Origin: Myxococcota bacterium
GTDB lineage: Bacteria; Myxococcota; XYA12-FULL-58-9; JALHOP01
DNA length: 40,855 nt
Assembly: GCA_041288095.1 (NCBI GenBank)
Contig: JBGGMJ010000060.1
Span: 1 to 40,855 of the forward strand
Direction of reading: 5' to 3'
The position numbers were made by a program, and so were the translations under genes. The notes beneath the pieces are model-generated. The model searched no databases. It was not told the origin of the DNA and worked only from the letters and a program-made list of their open reading frames with translations. How positions within the stretch are numbered: position 1 is the stretch's first letter; the number at the start of each line of letters is the position of its first letter. Positions 10,191-18,343 of the stretch are shown in pieces.

Positions 10191-10227
10191 CGGGGAAACC
10201 AGCTTTCCCTTACCCTTGGTTTCCCCG
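10191..10227. terminator. Perfect 11-bp inverted repeat (possible terminator or processing hairpin)
   Basis: CGGGGAAACCA (10191-10201) and TGGTTTCCCCG (10217-10227) with a 15-nt loop, 5 nt past the stop of the 10233-10901 gene. No U-tract. Confidence 0.45.
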
Positions 10228-10232
10228 GCGGC

Positions 10233-10901
10233 TCAGATCTTCTGCATCCAGCGCCGCACGGCTTGCGTGAGCACGATGAGCAGCGTCGTGTCGAAGAGCT
10301 CGAGGTCGCGCATGTTGGCGGGCTGCGAGAGCTCGGTGACGTCCCAGCCGCCGAGCTTGCCGGTGGTCTTCGTCGTGTCGCCTTCACGCACCTGCTCGAG
10401 CTTGACGCGGCCTTCCGACTCGCGGCTCGTCGAGCCTTCGATGATGCGCGTGTCGCCGCTATCGCGGATGGTGATGGCGACGCTACCGATGGCCGATTGC
10501 TCGTAAGCCCCGAGCTTGCCGGTGACGGTCGTGAGACCCGCGGAGCGCTCGATGGTAAGATTCACATCGCGGTTGCAGAGCAGCCCCTTGACCGTCGTCT
10601 TGGCGAACGACTCTTGCTCGACGCGTAGAGAGACCTGCTTGAATCCGGGCTCGAAGCCGATGGTCCCAACGATGTCCGTGGCGCGACCGGCGCGCGTCAT
10701 CGTAAGCGCAGTGCGGCCGTTGTCCCATTTGCTGACACCGCCGGTGAGCGTCGCCAGCGTCGCGTTCTTGCGCTCGAGCGTGAGGCTCACTGCTTGACCA
10801 GGGTCGCGCGCGGTCGCACCCGAGACCATGGCGGAACCGCTTGGCCTGCCGCCCCCACGATTGACGACGACACTGAGGCGCTTTGGCGATTCGACTGTCA
10901 T
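10233..10901 (-). CDS. Hypothetical beta-rich protein with internal repeats
   Basis: GGAG RBS upstream. Repeating units such as L(T/R)xER...T.V.G.LG. No signal peptide. Confidence 0.75.
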   Translation of the reverse strand: MTVESPKRLSVVVNRGGGRPSGSAMVSGATARDPGQAVSLTLERKNATLATLTGGVSKWDNGRTALTMTRAGRATDIVGTIGFEPGFKQVSLRVEQESFAKTTVKGLLCNRDVNLTIERSAGLTTVTGKLGAYEQSAIGSVAITIRDSGDTRIIEGSTSRESEGRVKLEQVREGDTTKTTGKLGGWDVTELSQPANMRDLELFDTTLLIVLTQAVRRWMQKI

Positions 10902-10932
10902 GCTGCACTCCGGGACGGATTGGTGCCGTGCA

Positions 10933-10960
10933 GTTATCGATGCGCCCCCGGATGTGTTGC
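10933..10960 (-). promoter_or_regulatory. Putative sigma28-like promoter GCAAC-N15-TCGATAAC
   Basis: The -10 box resembles the FliA consensus GCCGATAA with a 15-nt spacer. Lies 31 nt upstream of ATG10901. Confidence 0.55.
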
Positions 10961-11024
10961 ACTTTTTCGAACGAAGCCGCGCGCCGGGAGCATGCCCGGC
11001 GCGCGGCCGTTCTGCGTGCCCGCG

Positions 11025-11210
11025 CTACTTCTGGTAGTCGGGACGCTCGCGACGCTTCTGCTCGTCGCGATCCATCTGCTCGCGGCCCTGCGTCCGCGAA
11101 TCACTGCCGCTCTGGTCGCGGCCCGGGCTCTGCTGCCCCTGCTTGTCACGCTGGTTGTCCTGCTTCGGATTTGGCTTCTGTGGATTCTGTGGATTCTGTT
11201 GCATAGCCAT
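11025..11210 (-). CDS. Small (61 aa) hydrophilic Q/N/D/R-rich protein
   Basis: MAMQQNPQNPQKPNPKQDNQRDKQ...PDYQK, preceded by purine-rich GGGGGAAG. It fills an otherwise empty gap. Confidence 0.7.
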   Translation of the reverse strand: MAMQQNPQNPQKPNPKQDNQRDKQGQQSPGRDQSGSDSRTQGREQMDRDEQKRRERPDYQK

Positions 11211-11466
11211 GACTTCCCCCTGGCAGACAACCTGGGGGTGCCCGCGATGACGGTCAATTACCCAAATAGGGTCATGATCCTGAGCACTTCCACACTGGCC
11301 CCGTTCCGCAACACTCGCGAATGACGCGTAGTCACGGCGGTTTCGAAACAACAGTCGGCGCCGCGCGACCGAAATATCGCCATCCCCAAAAAGCGGTCCG
11401 CATCGCCCCGTGCATCCACGCATGGAAGGCGAACGTCTGGCCGCGCCCCTTTCTCCGGCGAGCTGT

Positions 11467-13464
11467 ATGGTTTCCTACCCGCGAGACGTCCTCAATCAGC
11501 GTGCCACCGATCTCTACGTGCGCATCGACCGCGATGGCAGCGGCGGCATCAGCGCCAACGAGGCTGTCCGCACGGCCAAGAGCCTGCGTCGCGACGCCAT
11601 CCTCCGCGAGAGCACCCGCGACGTTTTCGGGTTGGTCCCGCGCTCGGGCAGCGAGCTGTTGCGCTTCGTCGAAGCCCCACCCAAGCAGGTCGCTCAGACA
11701 CGCATCTTCGGCCTCGACCCCAAGCAGCTGGTAGCAGAAGCCCCTATCGCCGCGGGCCGCGAGCTCGTGCTCGGCCGCGATGCCAAGGGCCGACAGATCG
11801 CTATCTCGGCCGACGGCAACATCACCGTGGACGGCGTTCGCCCGGAAGGTCTCGAAGCGACGGCGCGCGCCATGGACGTCGCCGGCGAGCTGGGCGCGGC
11901 GCTCGCCCACAAGCCCATTCCCAAGGCACTCCAGCAACGCCTGTGCGTCGAGCTCTCGAGCGCGCTCGTTAACGCCACTAGCGGCGCGCCGACCCGGGAC
12001 AAAGACGCGCTCTTCTCGGGGGCGATGGCCCTCCTCATCGCCCTCGGCCGTGGGTGCGATAGCGGACTCAAAGCGCAGGTCATCGACCGCGTGCTCTGGG
12101 GGCTATCGCGCCAGCCCCATGGCGCCATGCGCGAGTTCTACGTCGGCATCGCCGCCGACCGTTTCGAAGCGCACTTCGACGCTCCTCAGCGCTTCGCCAT
12201 CCAAGAGCTCATCGAAGTCACGGTTCGCTCGCGCTTTCCAGTCGACGCGTGGACCGACAACCGCACCAAGCCTTTGCGTGTCAGCGAGATCGTCCACGCC
12301 GAGTTCTGGCGCCGCGTCATCGGCTACTACCGCAACCGTGGCTTCAAGCTGATCTCCAAAAACGACAAGGACACGCGTCGCGTCTACGAGCGCGTCATCA
12401 AGGACCCCACCGGCAGCAAGGCGCCTCTCAAGGTGCACGTCGAGGTCGCGGTCGGCGAGGACAACCTTTACGCCAAGATCAACGACCCGAAGCTGCATGT
12501 GCTCGTCTACGACGGACACTGGCAGCTCGGCGGCAACGGCACCCAGTCGATCTCGACCAGCCCGAAAGCGCGTCCGGGCATTCCGAAGCTCATCGTGCAG
12601 GACGGCTGCCGCACCATTCAGAACTATGACGAGTTCGTCGATCGCCACCGCGATGCCATGGTGATTGGCTCGGTTAAGCCGATCTTGGCGGACGCAAAGC
12701 CCATCCTCGATGTGATCTTCGACGGTATCGTCCGCGGTGAGTCTCTCGCATGGGTGCGCTCGCGCATCGGCAAGGACTCGTACTTCTCACGCACCGAGTT
12801 CCGGAAGCTCCGCCAGCACGCCGACCTGGATAACGACAACCGCGCCGACAGCGACGAAGGCGGTCATCTCGACACGCACTTCGACGTCTATCACCGGCGC
12901 GTCGGCAGCAAATTCCTGAACGCCATCGAGAGCGCCAACACCGCGCTCTACTATCACCACGACCACGAGGTCGATGTCGGCAACGGGCGCTCCCATCTGG
13001 GCCCTGCGTTCGCCGACCATCTCGTCGCCTCGGGCGTCATCGAGGACCCGAAGCCCGGCGAGGTCGTGCGCGTCACCCCGGAGAAGAAGAGCGGCGCCGA
13101 CGGCAAGTCGGAGACGCACTGGCACGTCCAGTTCAACCCGGCCTACACCAACCGTCGCGACGAGGAGTACGCGGGCATCGTGACCGCCCACGCGGTGATG
13201 GAGATCATCCGCCAGAAGGAAGGCAAGCTCTCCGAGTTCGACCGCATGCGCGCCATCGTCATGGGCGCCGCTGCGATTCAGTTCCTCGGCGTCTACGCCA
13301 AGCGCGGCAACAAGGGCATGGTCGGGTACCTCGCGCACTTCGGCCTGCCGCCGATCCCACCGAAGGTCGTCATCGACTTTCTCGAGAACGAAGAAGGCTA
13401 CGGCGGCAACAAGCAGGCGCGGGCGTTCATCGAGCTAGTGCGCGAGTACCGCGCCCCGGTCTAG
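11467..13464 (+). CDS. Large hypothetical protein with EF-hand-like loops and a putative caspase/gingipain-fold His-Cys domain
   Basis: DRDGSGGISANE (EF-hand pattern), VLVYDGHW and LIVQDGCRT, DLDNDNRAD. Start uncertain (11410, 11422 or 11467). Confidence 0.75.
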   Translation: MVSYPRDVLNQRATDLYVRIDRDGSGGISANEAVRTAKSLRRDAILRESTRDVFGLVPRSGSELLRFVEAPPKQVAQTRIFGLDPKQLVAEAPIAAGRELVLGRDAKGRQIAISADGNITVDGVRPEGLEATARAMDVAGELGAALAHKPIPKALQQRLCVELSSALVNATSGAPTRDKDALFSGAMALLIALGRGCDSGLKAQVIDRVLWGLSRQPHGAMREFYVGIAADRFEAHFDAPQRFAIQELIEVTVRSRFPVDAWTDNRTKPLRVSEIVHAEFWRRVIGYYRNRGFKLISKNDKDTRRVYERVIKDPTGSKAPLKVHVEVAVGEDNLYAKINDPKLHVLVYDGHWQLGGNGTQSISTSPKARPGIPKLIVQDGCRTIQNYDEFVDRHRDAMVIGSVKPILADAKPILDVIFDGIVRGESLAWVRSRIGKDSYFSRTEFRKLRQHADLDNDNRADSDEGGHLDTHFDVYHRRVGSKFLNAIESANTALYYHHDHEVDVGNGRSHLGPAFADHLVASGVIEDPKPGEVVRVTPEKKSGADGKSETHWHVQFNPAYTNRRDEEYAGIVTAHAVMEIIRQKEGKLSEFDRMRAIVMGAAAIQFLGVYAKRGNKGMVGYLAHFGLPPIPPKVVIDFLENEEGYGGNKQARAFIELVREYRAPV

Positions 13465-13476
13465 AATCCAAGCCCA

Positions 13477-13905
13477 ATGAGCTACGTCGACGAGGTTCTG
13501 CTCCGCGATGAGAAGGTCACCCATCGGGCCCGCCTGCATTGGTCGGTCTTTCTCTCCCTTTCGGGGCTCCTCACCCTGTTCATCGCGCCCTGGATCCGGC
13601 GCGCCACGTCGGAGTTCGCTGTAACGGACCGCCGCGTCATCATGAAGACTGGGGTCCTCACGCGAAAGACCCTCGAGCTCAACCTCGTCAAGATCGAGTC
13701 CATCGGCGTGGAGCAGTCGCTGCTCGGCCGCATGTTCAACAGCGGCACCATCACCATCATCGGCAGCGGCGGGACGCGCGAAGCCTTCCCCTCGATCGGC
13801 TCGCCGCTCGCATTCCGCCGCGCCGTGCAAGAAGCCATCGAAGACTACACGGCGCGCCACGGCGTGCCGGGGGTGCTCATCAAGCCTTCGGAGCGCAGCG
13901 GCTAG
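13477..13905 (+). CDS. Bacterial PH-domain (bPH_2-like) membrane protein
   Basis: One TM segment, then EFAVTDRRVIMKTGVL...KIESIGVEQSLLGRMFNSGTITI. Confidence 0.88.
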   Translation: MSYVDEVLLRDEKVTHRARLHWSVFLSLSGLLTLFIAPWIRRATSEFAVTDRRVIMKTGVLTRKTLELNLVKIESIGVEQSLLGRMFNSGTITIIGSGGTREAFPSIGSPLAFRRAVQEAIEDYTARHGVPGVLIKPSERSG

Positions 13906-14453
13906 CGGAGCGCCAGCGCGTCTACCAGCGTGTGCAGTGCCGGGGCCGCGAACCCCGAGGTCTTTCGCGGCGCGAAGGCTCCCAAGACCAGTGCGCCGAC
14001 GATGAACGCCAGCACTGCTCCGGCGTCCTTCTCGGAGAGCTTGCCACGCGAGCGCCGCTGGATGACCTCGAGCTCGGAGTCGACGAGCTTGCGGACGCGC
14101 GCGAACAACATTGGGTCGCGCACGGCTTCGGCGAGCACACCGACCCAGCAGCGCGCCGCGATGGTGTCGGGACTGCCGTCGAGACGCAGGGCCGAGTCGA
14201 TATAGGCGTTCAAGGGCTCCGCGTCGGTGCTGGCGCGCACACGCTGCGCGAACCGCTCGGTGAGCATGAGGACCAACCCGTCGAGCAGCTCGGCCTTGTC
14301 GGCGAAGTAGTGATGCACGAGCCCTGGAGCGACACCCGCCTCGTCGGCGACGGCCGCGATGGTTGCCCCGGCGTAGCCGTGCTCGGCGAGCACCCGCGCG
14401 AAGCCCTCGATGATCTCGCCGCGTCGCAGCGTCCTCAAGCTCGGTCGCCCCAT
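13902..14453 (-). CDS. TetR/AcrR-family transcriptional regulator (BetI-like)
   Basis: MGRPS...GYAGATIAAVADEAGVAPGLVHHYFADKAELL helix-turn-helix. ATG14453 preferred. Confidence 0.92.
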   Translation of the reverse strand: MGRPSLRTLRRGEIIEGFARVLAEHGYAGATIAAVADEAGVAPGLVHHYFADKAELLDGLVLMLTERFAQRVRASTDAEPLNAYIDSALRLDGSPDTIAARCWVGVLAEAVRDPMLFARVRKLVDSELEVIQRRSRGKLSEKDAGAVLAFIVGALVLGAFAPRKTSGFAAPALHTLVDALALR

Positions 14454-14475
14454 AGATTGGTTGTATACCCAACTT

Positions 14476-15510
14476 ATGGGGCGCACCATCCTCTTCATGA
14501 TGAACCTCATCGACAAGCAAGGCATTCACGCGGGCGAGAAGACGATTCCCTGGAGCGACGTGCGCGAGGTCGCGATTCGCACGACGTCGGAGGGACCGTT
14601 CGTGGACGACCTGTTCTGGGTATTCGGTTTGCGCGACGGAATGGTGGAGCTACCGAGCGCGCTGGTGAATGGCGAGGCCGTCGGGGCGATGCAAGAAGCG
14701 CTGCCGAATCTCGACAACATGAAGGTGATCTTCGCGATGGGCTCGACCAGCGAGTGCATCTTCCGGGTTTGGCAGGCCGACCAAGCAGCCTGGAACGAGT
14801 CGACCTATGCAGCGCGGTTCGCGGCGCTGACCGAACGCCTCGGCGGACAAGCATCGCCGGCAGTGTTCGCGCGTCTCGTGACGTCGTGGTCGGCGCCGGA
14901 GCGGCGCTACCACAACCTCGAGCACCTGACGGACTGCCTCCGCGAGCTCGACGCCGCCGGCGTGCCCCGCCCGACCGCCGACATCGCCGAGCTGGCGCTC
15001 TGGTACCACGACGCCGTCTACGTGCCGACCGCGCACGACAACGAAGAGCGCAGCGCCCAGCTGCTCGTAGAGGACGCGCGAACGTTGGGCCTCGCCGGCA
15101 AGGTCGATGAAGCGGTGGCCTGCATCCGCGCGACCGCGCACATGAGCGGCATCGTGCCTCAAGGTTCCGCGGCGGAGCTGGTCGTCGACATCGACCTCGC
15201 GATTCTCGGCCGCGAACCCCTGCGGTTCATGGACTATGAGTACGCCATCGCGGAGGAATACGCGGCGATGTCGTGGACCCGTTACGCGATCGGCAGGAGC
15301 CGATTCCTCGCCGACCTCCTGCAGCGACCGGACATCTTCCGCACCACCCATTTCCATGAGCGCTACGAAGAGCGCGCGCGTCGAAACGTCGAGAGCCTGC
15401 TCGCGAGCCGGCGCTACCGGACGCGGAGCCTACTCGGCTGGCTCATGCGGTTGTTCAGCGCACCCAAGCGTCGACGACCGCCTCCGCCTGCGCGCGCGTC
15501 TTGCCCATGA
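14476..15510 (+). CDS. HD-superfamily metal-dependent phosphohydrolase (COG4339-like) with an extra N-terminal domain
   Basis: RRYHNLEHL, ALWYHDAVY, DNEERSA, DIDLAILG, YEYAIAEEY. About 100 aa of unrelated N-terminal domain. Start 14476 or 14497/14500. Confidence 0.82.
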   Translation: MGRTILFMMNLIDKQGIHAGEKTIPWSDVREVAIRTTSEGPFVDDLFWVFGLRDGMVELPSALVNGEAVGAMQEALPNLDNMKVIFAMGSTSECIFRVWQADQAAWNESTYAARFAALTERLGGQASPAVFARLVTSWSAPERRYHNLEHLTDCLRELDAAGVPRPTADIAELALWYHDAVYVPTAHDNEERSAQLLVEDARTLGLAGKVDEAVACIRATAHMSGIVPQGSAAELVVDIDLAILGREPLRFMDYEYAIAEEYAAMSWTRYAIGRSRFLADLLQRPDIFRTTHFHERYEERARRNVESLLASRRYRTRSLLGWLMRLFSAPKRRRPPPPARASCP

Positions 15511-15901
15511 GCTCCATGACGGCGAGCGCCGCATACTCGCGGTCGAGCGGGCCCACGAGGGCGGCGCCCCGCCACCGCAGGTGCTCGAGCGCGACACTCG
15601 CGCCTCTGACGCTGGCACTCGGCGACGCAGCCTCGATCGCTAGAACCAGCGACGACGCGGTCACGCTGCCGATGCTCGGCGCGGCCGAAACCTCGCCGAC
15701 GAGACGCTCCGCGACGCTGGCGGCGACGGTGGGCGCCGCCTCGGCACGAAGCACGCGAGTCTCCGTCGGCAGCGCCTTGAAGGCGATGAGCATCATGCCC
15801 ATCGCGACACCCACTCCCGCGTAGAACGAGACCCACGAAAAAACCACGCGTCGTTCCTCGTATGCGTGGCGCTGTGTGGCGGTGTCGACGATGAATTGCA
15901 C
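15455..15901 (-). CDS. Hypothetical membrane-anchored protein
   Basis: AGGAG 7 nt before GTG15901; TM segment VVFSWVSFYAGVGVAMGMMLIAF. The 3' end overlaps the HD gene by 56 nt. Confidence 0.5.
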   Translation of the reverse strand: MQFIVDTATQRHAYEERRVVFSWVSFYAGVGVAMGMMLIAFKALPTETRVLRAEAAPTVAASVAERLVGEVSAAPSIGSVTASSLVLAIEAASPSASVRGASVALEHLRWRGAALVGPLDREYAALAVMELMGKTRAQAEAVVDAWVR

Positions 15902-16066
15902 GGCTGACTCCTGGGGGCGTGAACCAACCTGCTCTCGTGGAATGCAAGAAGGATGCGCCGACCGGGGCACGGAATATCCAGGCCTTGCGGGCTGGGGCGC
16001 GTGTGGGTGCGACCAGTTGTGGCGACGGAAGGCCGAGTCTGGTCACCCGGGGAGCCGCGCGGGCGC

Positions 16067-17503
16067 CTAGATACGGTCTGGGTGCACCCGGCGAGTGCTG
16101 CTCGCATGGTCGCGGTCGACGAAGTCGATCAGCAACTGCACCACGTCTTCTTGCGCGCGCCGCGCCTCGCGATGTGCTTCTTCGCGGGCGTGTTGGTCCG
16201 GACGAGTGCCACCGAGCAGACGCGTGAGGCCGAGCATGATCTCGTCCTGCGCCACCATGTTGCGACGCTGCACGCCGAACTGCCCATCGTCGGTCCGCCC
16301 CTCGGCGAGGACCTTCTCGGCCGCGTCGATTCCCGTCTGCGTGGCGACAGCGCGGTCCCGCAACGCGTCCGCTTGACCCAGCATGTCTTGCGCCGAGGCG
16401 AGGGTCCGTCGCAGCGGACTGTCGGCGGGCAGCTCGCTCTGAGCCTCGCTCACCGCCTGTTGCGTCGCGGCGTTCGTTGCCCTGCCGAGCGCGGCCGTGC
16501 TGGCCGCGTCGCCCGATGCCGCGCGTGTCGCCGCGTCGGCGATGAGCGCGTCGGCGATTGCCTGACCGCCTTGTGAGCTGGCCTGCGAGAGGGTCTCCGC
16601 CGGAAGCGCGTCCGCCGCGGCTTCGGGATGTTGCTCCAGGTACTTGGTGAGCACGTTGCCACCGTCGCCGGATGCCTCCATGTCGAGTGCCAGGTCTCGC
16701 AGCGCCTCCGGATCCGACACTTTGATGCGAGCTGCTTCGAGCATGGTGCGCGCGCGACTATCAGCGTCCTTGGCTCGCTGGCGGGCGTCCGCCGCGGCGG
16801 AATGGTCGCCGCGCTTCATCGCCTCTTTTTCTTCTTTGCTTGCTTTCGCGGACTCACGCACCGCGCGTCCCGCCGCATCGTAGACCCTGCTCCAGCTCTC
16901 GGCCGCGCGCTGCTGCGTCATACGGCCGCCGCCGTTGGCGCGCTCCATGTCGTCCAGGGCATTCGCGACCCGTTCACTGGGGCGCCCTTGGAAAGCCTCG
17001 CGGATTTTCCTCGCGGCGCGTTGCTCGAGCTGCCCCGCGCGGCCGAGCAAGGTCTGATCGATCTGCGCCTTGGCCACCGCCATCGCCGCCTCACGGAGGA
17101 GGTGCTTGGCTTGGTTGATGAACCGCTCCATGTCCTGGTTGGTGCTCAGGTTCGTGACTTCGAGCTTGAGGAACGCCGAGGTCATGGAGTCGGGGTCGTT
17201 CGTCGATTCGAAGTCCAGAGCGTGCAAGTTGTCGATAAACGAGCGCACGCCGGCGTTGGCGTCGGGGCCGGCGCTCCCGAGGCGGCTCACCGGCGTGGCG
17301 AGTGGCAAAGACAGCAGGTCGCTGGCGGGACGGCTGACGCGGGCCTGGGGCGCGCTGACGTCGACGGTCGCATGGAGCACGCGCCGGCCGTCCGCTGCGG
17401 CGGTCGCCTCGGGATTGGTGCCGGTGCCAACCTGGGTCGCGCCGCCGCTATTGGGAGTCGCACGCTCGAGGCGCACCGTTTCCGGGATGCGGACATCGCT
17501 CAT
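16067..17503 (-). CDS. Hypothetical Ala/Arg-rich helical (coiled-coil) protein
   Basis: GGAGG RBS upstream; 478 aa with a disordered N-terminus and long amphipathic helices. No signal peptide. Confidence 0.8.
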   Translation of the reverse strand: MSDVRIPETVRLERATPNSGGATQVGTGTNPEATAAADGRRVLHATVDVSAPQARVSRPASDLLSLPLATPVSRLGSAGPDANAGVRSFIDNLHALDFESTNDPDSMTSAFLKLEVTNLSTNQDMERFINQAKHLLREAAMAVAKAQIDQTLLGRAGQLEQRAARKIREAFQGRPSERVANALDDMERANGGGRMTQQRAAESWSRVYDAAGRAVRESAKASKEEKEAMKRGDHSAAADARQRAKDADSRARTMLEAARIKVSDPEALRDLALDMEASGDGGNVLTKYLEQHPEAAADALPAETLSQASSQGGQAIADALIADAATRAASGDAASTAALGRATNAATQQAVSEAQSELPADSPLRRTLASAQDMLGQADALRDRAVATQTGIDAAEKVLAEGRTDDGQFGVQRRNMVAQDEIMLGLTRLLGGTRPDQHAREEAHREARRAQEDVVQLLIDFVDRDHASSTRRVHPDRI

Positions 17504-17602
17504 GAGACCCTCCGCGGGGGCAGCCAGCTCGGCTAAAGACCCTTAACTACGTACATACACCGTTTGCAGCCGGTATGGCTGGGGTAAGAAGTAAAGACAC
17601 TC

Positions 17603-18343
17603 ATGACCCCGCTCGATTTCAAGACACTGCGAAACGTCGCCATTGCCGAAGGTCATGACGCCGAGACCCTCGAGTTCATCGACAACCTGTGGGCGATGGC
17701 GCCGGCGAAGACGTGCGAAGGCATGCTCGCGGTCGCGCTCGGCTATGACATGGAATCGTTCACGCTGCTCGCCCGCCTACTGAAGTCGGCCTTGCCGCGG
17801 CGGTCATTTTCGGCCGCCCCCGACATCGTCAACCTCGATGATTGGTCCATCCTGTTCGTGCCCGGCGATCTCCACTTGGACGGCAATCTGCCGATCGAGA
17901 ACACGATGGTGATCGTTCTCGGCGGTCTCACGGTCACCGGCGTCATCGGCAGCTACCGCGACTTCGAAGTCACGCGCTTCGTGGTGCTCGGCGACCTCAA
18001 TGCCGCGGGGCTCGAAGGCGACAAGGACATCTTCGTCGAGGGGACGGTTTCGGCGGACATCATCTGGTTCGACGGCAAGGAAGGGCTGCTCGTCGCCAAG
18101 GCCATCGATGCGCGCATCCTCTATAGCGGATCCGAACGCGCCATCGAGGTCGAGGCCGTGCGCGCCGAGCATACGTTTTCGCCACGCAAGCCGGTGAACG
18201 TGGCCGCGCTCGAGAGCGTCCTCGCCCCCGAGGCGTTCGTCCCGGAGACGGGTTATGTCTTCGAAGGACATCCAGGCTACGGCTGCGTCAATCGTGCCTT
18301 ACGTCTTCTGCAGCTCGGCCGTGCCGGGCTCTTGCATCATTGA
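17603..18343 (+). CDS. Hypothetical protein with bactofilin-like beta-helix repeats
   Basis: Repeats VPGDLHLDGNL, VLGGLTVTGVI, VLGDLNAAGL, VEGTVSADII. Confidence 0.72.
   Translation: MTPLDFKTLRNVAIAEGHDAETLEFIDNLWAMAPAKTCEGMLAVALGYDMESFTLLARLLKSALPRRSFSAAPDIVNLDDWSILFVPGDLHLDGNLPIENTMVIVLGGLTVTGVIGSYRDFEVTRFVVLGDLNAAGLEGDKDIFVEGTVSADIIWFDGKEGLLVAKAIDARILYSGSERAIEVEAVRAEHTFSPRKPVNVAALESVLAPEAFVPETGYVFEGHPGYGCVNRALRLLQLGRAGLLHH

Noticed and set aside
10794-11324. 176-aa plus-strand ORF with a very hydrophobic stretch
   Set aside because: The hydrophobicity is the antisense reading of the Q/K/N-rich small protein, and the ORF overlaps promoter regions.
11348-11376. ACAAC-N16-CCGAAATA as another sigma28-like promoter
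   Set aside because: Mismatches in both boxes and a different spacer; too weak to list as a feature.
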